36,877 nt of DNA from a virus. The stretch is from the IMG/VR virus record IMGVR_UViG_3300024517_000004. One strand, given 5' to 3'. Position numbers and translations under genes: made by a program. Below the pieces are notes generated by a model, which searched no databases, had not been told where the DNA came from, and was given only the letters and a program-made list of their open reading frames with translations. This document shows, in pieces, positions 25,894 through 32,802 of the stretch. Numbering within the stretch: the first letter of the stretch is position 1; each line of letters starts with the position of its first letter.

Positions 25894-25909
25894 ACAACGG
25901 AGAGGAAAC

Positions 25910-26164
25910 ATGGCAACAATATTACAAGCAAACGGGAATGAGTTAGTGGTTACACCTAAACACGACACACCTTGGGAGTTATCGCAACTGCAAGACTGGG
26001 TAGGTGGTTATATCGAACTTGTCCACCAAGATAGCGATGGTATTGCCTATGCTAACGAAGAAGGCCTTCTTGAAGACCTTCCAGTTAACACCAAAGCATC
26101 GAGACTCTTTGGTAAAACATTAGTTGGGGATGTGGTTTATTTACCTAATGGTGAATGGGATTAA
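25910..26164 (+). CDS. DUF3846-like protein (84 aa)
   Basis: ELSQLQDWVGGYIELVHQDSDGIAYANEEGLLEDLPVNTKASRLFGKTLVGDVVYL fits the DUF3846 pattern (LQ..VGGYIE.V......NEEG....LP.N..A.....I.G.VV). Confidence 0.6.
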   Translation: MATILQANGNELVVTPKHDTPWELSQLQDWVGGYIELVHQDSDGIAYANEEGLLEDLPVNTKASRLFGKTLVGDVVYLPNGEWD

Positions 26165-26184
26165 AATATATATTTATAATTAAA

Positions 26185-26214
26185 GTGTAAAAAATGCTTG
26201 ACATCTGTTATAAT
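26185..26214 (+). promoter_or_regulatory. Early promoter P2 (extended -10 type)
   Basis: TGtTATAAT has its -10 at 26209-26214. The conserved TTGACA (26198-26203) lies only 5 nt upstream, so it cannot act as the -35 for this -10. GTGTAA (26185-26190) lies 18 nt upstream. Confidence 0.45.
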
Positions 26215-26247
26215 AAACTCACTTTAAACACAAACGGAGAAAACAAA

Positions 26248-26607
26248 ATGAAAAATTGGAATAAAAAACTAATAGAAAATGTTGCTAAGTTCAAAGAGGC
26301 TAAACTTGGTGCTGAGGTCTTTAAGAATAATGACAGTAATAACCTGTTACTTGCTATAGCCAAGGTCAACCTACTGGATGATGCAAAGACGAAGATACAG
26401 ATTAACCACGCATTATTTCACACAACATGGAATGGCACAAGACGTGAATCTATTGATAATATGTTTCCTAAGCATTGGTTCAATAGACGTAAGAACAACG
26501 TACTAAATAGTTTCATCGAAGAGGCTGAGTCTTTAGGTGCTAACTTCAGTCACAGATGGTCTACTGAGGAACGTGAGCAGATTAAAATCAAAGGAGAAAC
26601 AAAATGA
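26248..26607 (+). CDS. Hypothetical early protein (119 aa)
   Basis: ATG 26248 follows the conserved leader ctcactttaaacacaaacggagaaaacaaa. Product starts MKNWNKKLIENVAKF. Confidence 0.6.
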   Translation: MKNWNKKLIENVAKFKEAKLGAEVFKNNDSNNLLLAIAKVNLLDDAKTKIQINHALFHTTWNGTRRESIDNMFPKHWFNRRKNNVLNSFIEEAESLGANFSHRWSTEEREQIKIKGETK

Positions 26608-26960
26608 CAAATGACGGCATGAGTATAAGTGAAGAGAAGGCATTGATGGAGCGTTGTAGCCCCACCTACTCTCAATATGAACGCCACTACGATGAGGCGT
26701 TACTAGCCTTTAACAAGTCGGCTGAAACTATATACCAACAATTTGAATATCATTTAAATGATGACCCAATGTGTGATGTTCCTTTACAGGTATTTGAAAA
26801 GATAATTAGATGTGTGGGTATGCTAAAAGAGTTAGCATCTAATCAACGCTACTACCACGATGACGATAACTACAACGCCTACATTGAGTATGACTTCACA
26901 CATGAGGTTGCGAAAGATGTAGAGGACAGGTATGGATGGATATTAGAGGAGATATTATGA
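26604..26960 (+). CDS. Hypothetical acidic early protein (118 aa)
   Basis: SD is aaaggagaaacaaa, with an ATGA overlap to the upstream stop. The product is D/E/Y-rich. Confidence 0.6.
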   Translation: MTNDGMSISEEKALMERCSPTYSQYERHYDEALLAFNKSAETIYQQFEYHLNDDPMCDVPLQVFEKIIRCVGMLKELASNQRYYHDDDNYNAYIEYDFTHEVAKDVEDRYGWILEEIL

Positions 26961-27160
26961 CACTTAAAAATGAATATTTTGATGAAATCAATGAGGCTCA
27001 AAACGAGGATTATGGACAGTTTGAGGAGTATTGCCAAGCCAACCCACAACCCAAGGTAGAAAGAACGCTAGAGAGTACCTTAGCCTTCGCCTCAGAGTAT
27101 ATGAAGACCGAGAAGTTTGCCAAGGAATGGCAGACATTTAAAAACAAAGGAGAGTTCTAA
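26957..27160 (+). CDS. Hypothetical acidic early protein (67 aa from ATG 26957)
   Basis: SD is aggagat. There is an ATGA overlap with the stop of 26604..26960. The track start 26936 has no SD. Confidence 0.55.
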   Translation: MTLKNEYFDEINEAQNEDYGQFEEYCQANPQPKVERTLESTLAFASEYMKTEKFAKEWQTFKNKGEF

Positions 27161-27648
27161 TGAGTTATTACAACACTAATAAAGAAAGAGGTAGAGAATT
27201 ATTTAACTCTGAATACAAAGCACAAAATCAAGAGGAATTAATTCTAAGTTTATTCAATACAGGGAGTCTTTTATCTCCCGATGAGATTCTTGATATATGT
27301 AATCAACATTATAGTTACCCTATAACAAGCATCCGCAGAGCCTTAACCGACTTAACAAGTAAAGGTTTACTAATTAAAACTAACAGTTTTAGAATGGGGA
27401 GATACGGTAAAAAAACACATACTTGGACATTACCTTCAAATATTGAGGCTCAAAACAAGATTGATTTTAACAATATACAGGTAGTGGATATGGATTATCT
27501 GCAAAGCCAGTACCCCGAATATGAAGATTCTTTTGTCGTTGAGGCAGAGTGGAAGGATACAGGCGTTACCCTTACTGACGAAGAAATAGACGCTGTGAAT
27601 GACGATAGGGATTTTGTGTACGAAACACTACAGGATTTTTTACACTAA
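27160..27648 (+). CDS. Winged-helix DNA-binding protein (162 aa)
   Basis: SPDEILDICNQHYSYPITSIRRALTDLTSKGLLIKTNSFRMGRYGKKTHTW has a wHTH-like layout. The C-terminus is acidic. Confidence 0.5.
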   Translation: MSYYNTNKERGRELFNSEYKAQNQEELILSLFNTGSLLSPDEILDICNQHYSYPITSIRRALTDLTSKGLLIKTNSFRMGRYGKKTHTWTLPSNIEAQNKIDFNNIQVVDMDYLQSQYPEYEDSFVVEAEWKDTGVTLTDEEIDAVNDDRDFVYETLQDFLH

Positions 27649-27729
27649 TGGAAACACTATTTGAAATTCTTTTTATAAGCACCATGCTCTTTTGGGCATG
27701 GTTGATATTAATACTATTGGGAGATTAAA

Positions 27730-28341
27730 ATGAATACTTTTAAAACACTAAACAAAATAAATGTAAACGAAAATACAGAATCTATCACAACTTCTAAAGG
27801 AGTTAAACTTACATACCTTAGTTGGGCATGGGCGTGGACTGAACTGAAAAAAGCCTACCCTGATGCAACCTCATGTGTGTATGAGAATGTGGATGGGTGG
27901 AACTATCATACAGATGGGCGAACTGCTTGGGTCAAGACAGGGGTAACAATAGATGGTTTAGAACATATTGAGTATTTGCCTGTAATAGATAACAGAAACC
28001 AAGCAATACCTCTCGATAAACTTACATCTATGCAGGTAAACACATCTATTCAGCGTTCAACAACTAAGGCAATTGCTAGACATGGCCTTGGACTTTACAT
28101 CTATGCAGGCGAAGACTTGCCCGACATTCCTATTTGGAAAGATGGGGAACGTGATACTTATGAGGCTGAAATTAAAAAAAGTATTGTAGGGAAAAAAGGC
28201 GAAACAGATTACGAGAATGTCAAACAGTTATGGAGAGAGTTAACTAAAAGACAGGTTACTGATATTTGGAAAGCCTTTGATAATCAAGAACACATTATAA
28301 TTAAAGACGCTTGTCGAGATTTTGATACTAAAGAGAAATAA
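27730..28341 (+). CDS. Rad52-like single-strand annealing protein (DUF1071/Sak-type, 203 aa)
   Basis: KLTYLSWAWAWTELKKAYPDATSCVYENVDGWNY...GLYIYAGEDLP fits the DUF1071 'Y.SWA.AW..LK..YPDA' motif. It is adjacent to ssb. Confidence 0.65.
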   Translation: MNTFKTLNKINVNENTESITTSKGVKLTYLSWAWAWTELKKAYPDATSCVYENVDGWNYHTDGRTAWVKTGVTIDGLEHIEYLPVIDNRNQAIPLDKLTSMQVNTSIQRSTTKAIARHGLGLYIYAGEDLPDIPIWKDGERDTYEAEIKKSIVGKKGETDYENVKQLWRELTKRQVTDIWKAFDNQEHIIIKDACRDFDTKEK

Positions 28342-28443
28342 TAAAGAATTGTGTGCGTTGTGGCTAACGGTTCGCAATCGGGGTCTCAGGGTCTATTCAA
28401 CCCTTCTCTCGCCTCGTTAGTTAAAGAAGAATAGTCACCGAGT

Positions 28444-28465
28444 GGTTGCCGTAAGCAACCCTTTT
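28444..28465 (+). terminator. Weak intrinsic terminator or attenuator between the annealase gene and ssb
   Basis: GGTTGC-cgtaa-GCAACC followed by cTTTT. Confidence 0.4.
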
Positions 28466-28489
28466 AATCATAATAATAGGAGAAAGAAA

Positions 28490-28909
28490 ATGAGTGGAAT
28501 AAATAAAGTAATATTAGTAGGCAACATCGGACAAAAACCCGAACTTAAATACAGTAGCAATGGTAAGGCAGTATGTAACCTGTCAATAGCAACTTCGGAA
28601 TCATGGACAGACAAAACTACTGGCCAAAAGAAAGAGAAGACTGAGTGGCACAAGGTATGTCTTTTTGAAAAACTTGCTGAGATTGCAGGGAAATACCTAG
28701 ACAAAGGGTCTAAGGTCTATGTTGAAGGAAAGATGCAGACTCGCAAGTGGACAGACTCTAACGGGGTAGAAAAGTACACGACTGAGGTGGTTGTTAGTGG
28801 ATTTAATGGAACACTACAGATGCTTGATAAGCGTGATGCAAACACAGGTACAGCACAGCCTACAGAGCAAAATACTGCCCAACCCTTTGAGGACGACATA
28901 CCTTTTTAG
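28490..28909 (+). CDS. ssb: Single-stranded DNA-binding protein (139 aa from ATG 28490)
   Basis: [39 protein letters not shown]...[23 protein letters not shown] is OB-fold text close to bacterial SSB. It has the canonical acidic tail ..[10 protein letters not shown] is aggagaaag. Confidence 0.9.
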   Translation: MSGINKVILVGNIGQKPELKYSSNGKAVCNLSIATSESWTDKTTGQKKEKTEWHKVCLFEKLAEIAGKYLDKGSKVYVEGKMQTRKWTDSNGVEKYTTEVVVSGFNGTLQMLDKRDANTGTAQPTEQNTAQPFEDDIPF

Positions 28910-28929
28910 TTATTTAGTGTAAAAATAAC

Positions 28930-28957
28930 TTTACATTCTCTGTTTTGGTGTTATAAT
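28930..28957 (+). promoter_or_regulatory. Early/middle promoter P3
   Basis: TTTACA(28930-28935)-16 nt-TGtTATAAT(-10 at 28952-28957). It is followed by the same leader as P2 (ctcactttaaacaaaacggagaaacaaaATG). Confidence 0.6.
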
Positions 28958-28988
28958 AGACTCACTTTAAACAAAACGGAGAAACAAA

Positions 28989-29339
28989 ATGAAAAAAGTA
29001 AATGTAAACCAAATGATTAAGAGCCTTAAAGACAACTTTAACGTAAATGCAGTTTCTTTACAAGAATGGGATTCTGATTACGATTACGAAGACGGTCTTT
29101 GGATTAAGACTAGTTTTATGAATCTAGATATTAAAAAGATGGATGAGATGCTTGTTGACTTTGATTGGAACAACTATGCACCTAAAGGCTATGATAACGA
29201 AGATGGTACTTTTTCTAACGGTACTGCTGTTATGCCTGAATGGGATGAGCCTTCTGAACTAATCAACAAATTCGTTGAGGACAATGGTTGGATGATTGAG
29301 CCTTATGATAGTGGCACTAAACACGCTCACCCACAATAA
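28989..29339 (+). CDS. Strongly acidic small protein (116 aa), first gene after P3
   Basis: Hand count gives 14 D + 9 E against 10 K + 0 R. The conserved leader/SD lies upstream and hairpin H2 lies directly downstream. Confidence 0.6.
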   Translation: MKKVNVNQMIKSLKDNFNVNAVSLQEWDSDYDYEDGLWIKTSFMNLDIKKMDEMLVDFDWNNYAPKGYDNEDGTFSNGTAVMPEWDEPSELINKFVEDNGWMIEPYDSGTKHAHPQ

Positions 29340-29347
29340 CTTTAACA

Positions 29348-29365
29348 GGGGAGGGTAACCTCCCC
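29348..29365 (+). promoter_or_regulatory. Conserved hairpin module H2 (identical to H1)
   Basis: GGGGAGG-gtaa-CCTCCCC, within the repeated block 29342-29375. Confidence 0.6.
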
Positions 29366-29381
29366 ACAACGGAGAGAAAAA

Positions 29382-30104
29382 ATGAATACATATTTTATAT
29401 CAAGCGGATTTGGAAACGGTATGTTCACATTGCGTGAACGCTACCTTGTTAATACTGGCTTCGCTCTTGAAGAGAAAGACGAATATGTTAAAAACCTTTC
29501 TAGGGATTACGACAAGGCTGTTGCTAAGGCTAAAGAGTGGGTTAGCGATAAAGGTAAACTTGAAGTCGGCAAGGTTTGGGATTTAACTAAATGGGGTGAG
29601 GCTGAAAAAGATTGGAGATACACAGCCCCTGAACTTTCTGCTGAAGAGATTGCCAAGCGTGAGGCTGATGCTAAGGCTGAGGAAATAAAGAAGGCTAAAG
29701 AAGAGGCTGAATACCAAGAGGTGCTACGTCAAAGGCAAGAGGCTTACGACAAGGCTGAACCTGTTCCAGTAACTGATGAGCGTATCCAGTTCACTGGTGT
29801 AATCGAAAAGACTTACCACAAGGACAACCAATGGGGTGGTCAATGGAGAATGTTCTTTGTTGATGATAGAGGTTTTAAATTAAATGGAGCATTAATAAAA
29901 GCACCTTATATTATCCAAAGAACTGGTAAGCAAGAGATAATTAACGAAGGTACAGAAGATGAATTTAAAAGAACACTGGATTGTTCAGAAGGCGATAGAG
30001 TGTCATTTGTCGCTAAAGTTACACCATCTGATGATGACCCTAAGTTTGGATTTTTTAAAAGACCAACACAAGTAATAAAGGAGGAAAACAATGAAAGTAA
30101 TTAA
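29382..30104 (+). CDS. Hypothetical protein (240 aa) with a central charged coiled coil
   Basis: SD is acggagag. The middle EEIAKREADAKAEEIKKAKEEAEYQEVLRQRQEAYDKA is helical. The C-terminal half is beta-rich and may be OB-like, which is inference. Confidence 0.55.
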   Translation: MNTYFISSGFGNGMFTLRERYLVNTGFALEEKDEYVKNLSRDYDKAVAKAKEWVSDKGKLEVGKVWDLTKWGEAEKDWRYTAPELSAEEIAKREADAKAEEIKKAKEEAEYQEVLRQRQEAYDKAEPVPVTDERIQFTGVIEKTYHKDNQWGGQWRMFFVDDRGFKLNGALIKAPYIIQRTGKQEIINEGTEDEFKRTLDCSEGDRVSFVAKVTPSDDDPKFGFFKRPTQVIKEENNESN

Positions 30105-30345
30105 ATATCAAACTCCTAGCAACGCAATCCGACATGGGTTGCTTGTTGCTACTGGACGCAAGTGGTCACAGTTGATACTTGTTGAACACCCTATTAGGGT
30201 TACGAGAATCCTCAACAGCGACCTTTCACGAGTGACTGAGGTGAAGTATAGGCTCGGTACTGCTAAACGCATTGTACGAGAGATGGCTCAGTCTTATTAT
30301 GGCACAATGAGAAATGCACCTAAAGGTGTTAGGAGGTTCTTATGA
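30091..30345 (+). CDS. Hypothetical basic protein (84 aa)
   Basis: SD is ggaggaaaacaATG. No motif recognised. Confidence 0.55.
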   Translation: MKVIKYQTPSNAIRHGLLVATGRKWSQLILVEHPIRVTRILNSDLSRVTEVKYRLGTAKRIVREMAQSYYGTMRNAPKGVRRFL

Positions 30346-30539
30346 CTTGGCGTAATATCCTTTACCCAAAGGTGGGCGAGAAATGGTTCGACACTAAGTC
30401 TACCGTTGAGGTTATATCTTTGGACTACTTTAAAGACATAGAGGTAGTTATGGTTGTCCACGAGAATACAAAGTTATCCGCCCACTATATGGAAGAATTT
30501 ATTTCATCATTCCAACCTGTAAAGGTTGATGAAAGTTAG
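30342..30539 (+). CDS. Hypothetical protein (65 aa)
   Basis: SD is aggaggttcttATG, with a 4-nt overlap with the upstream stop. Confidence 0.55.
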   Translation: MTWRNILYPKVGEKWFDTKSTVEVISLDYFKDIEVVMVVHENTKLSAHYMEEFISSFQPVKVDES

Positions 30540-30562
30540 TCCAGTATTATTGGGTAGGCGTT

Positions 30563-30590
30563 GGGGTAGTTCTAGGGGCTACCCCATTTT
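30563..30590 (+). terminator. Intrinsic terminator at the end of the main early operon
   Basis: GGGGTAG-ttctagggg-CTACCCC followed by aTTTTaT. Confidence 0.6.
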
Positions 30591-30634
30591 ATGTAGGTGT
30601 GGTAAGGGTTGTAGCCACCCAACCAAGGTGATTA

Positions 30635-30668
30635 GGGTTGCTTGGGTGATTGGGATTTGGGAATTGGG
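30635..30668 (+). repeat. Five phased GGG tracts / TTGGG(A) short direct repeats (G-quadruplex-type motif)
   Basis: GGGttgcttGGGtgattGGGatttGGGaattGGG. TTGGG starts at 30642, 30650, 30657 and 30664. Confidence 0.7.
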
Positions 30669-30701
30669 AATTTATATGTTATTATTACCACAGGGGGTGA
30701 T

Positions 30702-30953
30702 ATGAAGAAACGAGGACAGAAAGAGAAATATTGGAGATTAAGCGATGGCAAAAGAGTAACCGCTAAGGATGTTGCTCTAGCAACAGGAATGTCGCTTACT
30801 CATGCACGCAGAAGACTTAGAAGGTATACACATCCCGAAGAGGTCTTTCATGAAATATCGTCAAGGCCTATTCCTAAAATATCTAAATTAAGGATAATAA
30901 TGTCACGCCCTGCCTATGACCCTATGTTTATATTAGCAATGAAAAAAATATGA
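30702..30953 (+). CDS. Small HTH DNA-binding protein (83 aa from ATG 30702)
   Basis: SD is cagggggtgatATG. HTH: VTAKDVALATGMSLTHARRRLRRY. The track start 30642 is a TTG inside the G-tract repeats. Confidence 0.6.
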   Translation: MKKRGQKEKYWRLSDGKRVTAKDVALATGMSLTHARRRLRRYTHPEEVFHEISSRPIPKISKLRIIMSRPAYDPMFILAMKKI

Positions 30954-31033
30954 AAACTATGACCTACTGGGATTGGAAAAAATTAATAGATAAATTAATA
31001 GAGGCACACGAAAAATCCCGGAATAAGTATAAA

Positions 31034-32188
31034 TCACTTAGACCTAATTAACTGCAAACTAGCAGTATTTCTACCTATCTCTCCAAAGTCTTTGTGGAGG
31101 ATTATACAACTCATATCTCTCCCACTCCGATAACCTGCCCCCGAATGCCAAGCATCTTTGCCCGCTAATGTCCTAAAGGACTCCCATGTACACCCTGCAA
31201 ACTCCATAACATTTTTTGAATGTATATGCCCTGTGTACCAATATCTAAATTCTGCAGCACCCCATTCTTCAGGTTTGTCTGTTGCCATTATCAATGGTAG
31301 TTTTTCGGGTTTAGCCGTATCACCATGTGTTGAACCAATCAGATTTTTACCGAATTTGTAGTACCAAAACTTCGAGGGTGACGCATCAACAGTAACTCTC
31401 TCCTCGGCATGGAAATACTTCTCCATAGCCAAGGACAACATAATAGCACTATGGTCATCGTGGTTTCCAATAATATTCTTTACTATCACATGTTTGTGTT
31501 TCTTTAGGGCAGAGCAGGTGAGTTCTATCATCAGGTCTATGCCGACCCTTAACACCTTAAACCATCTTCCATCAACATCTAACGCATTACCACTTCTGCT
31601 TGTCCTATTCTGTTGATTATCTGAGTGGAAAAAATCTCCGAGATTAAGTATGAGCGCAGTTTCGGATGGTGGACTTCTATCTACTAATTCTTTTGTTGCT
31701 TTGCGTAGGTCTTTAGATGCTATCTTTAGGTCAAAATCTTCTTGCGACTCATCTCTGTGCGCTAGCATCCCAATATGCGGGTCGCCAAGGGGGTAAATGG
31801 CCATGATGTCGCTATCTGCGTGTGTGGGCGCATCTATCTTTACACATTGAAACTCTGAAAGTGCCTCGTTGAATACCTCAGCAACGTCCTCAAATGAGTA
31901 CCCATTATTCTGCGTTTTTACCCATTGAACTTTTACATTGCCATCTTCATCGTACAGGGTTGATGTTCCCTTGACGTTAAATCCCTCTGCCGTTGGGTGT
32001 GTCATGTCGGCTTCAGGTGCTATACCGTCCTGAGCAGACCGTTTTTGTAACATTCTCAAGGTCTTAGACACGTTAGATTGATTTATGCCTAATTCAGACG
32101 CTACTGCTCGCATTGAGCCTAACTTAGTATATAGATTTACTTTAGTACGTTGCGAGTCTGACTTGCAATACTTTAATAAATGTTTCAT
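31034..32188 (-). CDS. HTH-fused calcineurin-like metallophosphoesterase, Mre11/SbcD-type (384 aa)
   Basis: Motifs appear in order: GDPHIG (DxH), LNLGDFFHSDN (GD..H, Mre11-like), IGNHDDH (GNHD), STHGD, YTGHIHS (GHxH). The N-terminal HTH reads MRAVASELGINQSNVSKTLRML. Confidence 0.75.
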   Translation of the reverse strand: MKHLLKYCKSDSQRTKVNLYTKLGSMRAVASELGINQSNVSKTLRMLQKRSAQDGIAPEADMTHPTAEGFNVKGTSTLYDEDGNVKVQWVKTQNNGYSFEDVAEVFNEALSEFQCVKIDAPTHADSDIMAIYPLGDPHIGMLAHRDESQEDFDLKIASKDLRKATKELVDRSPPSETALILNLGDFFHSDNQQNRTSRSGNALDVDGRWFKVLRVGIDLMIELTCSALKKHKHVIVKNIIGNHDDHSAIMLSLAMEKYFHAEERVTVDASPSKFWYYKFGKNLIGSTHGDTAKPEKLPLIMATDKPEEWGAAEFRYWYTGHIHSKNVMEFAGCTWESFRTLAGKDAWHSGAGYRSGRDMSCIILHKDFGEIGRNTASLQLIRSK

Positions 32189-32211
32189 TTTTTTTTTGGT
32201 TTAACTATCAA

Positions 32212-32802
32212 TTACATAGTTAGAGGATTAACCTTATCCTTAACAGCATTCTCTGTTTGTTCCACATCTTTCTCAAGAGCCTTTATTTGTTCTTTCACAG
32301 CAGTAAGTAAATTGGTATTTGTGTTTACTTCGTCTTGCATATCTGTTATATGAGAAATTGCATCATTATTATTTCCTTCTTGAGTTGTCATCCGTTCTTG
32401 TAAGATAATAATACTACCCGAGGCTTGTGATAAGTCATCGTATATAGTGTCAAGACCTGATGTGTACCCCTGTAAAGAAATAATATCACCAGTAACACTA
32501 GATAAATCCTCTTTTAAGCCTTTAAATCCTGACGTATATTCTTGCAGTTGAATAATTGCTCCTGCATTAGTTGTTACTCTTGCACTTAGTGGTGAGTCAT
32601 CATAATGAGGTGTTAATTCTGTTTTAGTGTGTGCTTTCTTTTCTAAATAGGTTATCTTGAGTTTAATAGTTTCATATTCTTGATAAGCAAATGCGCCTAC
32701 CCATGCTAAACCACCTATGGCAACTGCTAGTGTCACTATCCAACTAGCACTCATCTTTTTGCCTTTAAGTGCCTCCTTAATAAAATTCAGTATTGCTTCC
32801 AT
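32212..32802 (-). CDS. Membrane-anchored coiled-coil protein (196 aa, or 180 aa from ATG 32754)
   Basis: TM segment: WIVTLAVAIGGLAWVGAFAY. There are three internal repeats (AIIQLQEYTSGF / DIISLQGYTSGL / SIIILQERMTTQ) and a helical C-terminus. Confidence 0.6.
   Translation of the reverse strand: MEAILNFIKEALKGKKMSASWIVTLAVAIGGLAWVGAFAYQEYETIKLKITYLEKKAHTKTELTPHYDDSPLSARVTTNAGAIIQLQEYTSGFKGLKEDLSSVTGDIISLQGYTSGLDTIYDDLSQASGSIIILQERMTTQEGNNNDAISHITDMQDEVNTNTNLLTAVKEQIKALEKDVEQTENAVKDKVNPLTM

Noticed and set aside
28345-28440. Possible tRNA or small RNA in the 148-nt gap before ssb (T-arm-like AGGGT-ctattca-ACCCT at 28388-28404)
   Set aside because: No acceptor stem can be paired: the complement of tctctcg is absent upstream. 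The loop does not fit TTCRANN, and I found no D arm or anticodon arm on either strand. A non-tRNA sRNA cannot be excluded.
30981-31002. 12-bp tandem duplication aattaataga-ta-aattaataga between the convergent operons (possible operator or terminator)
   Set aside because: There are only two copies, no dyad symmetry and no stem-loop. It may simply encode KLID/KLIE of the doubtful 33-aa ORF. I could not identify a convincing bidirectional terminator here.
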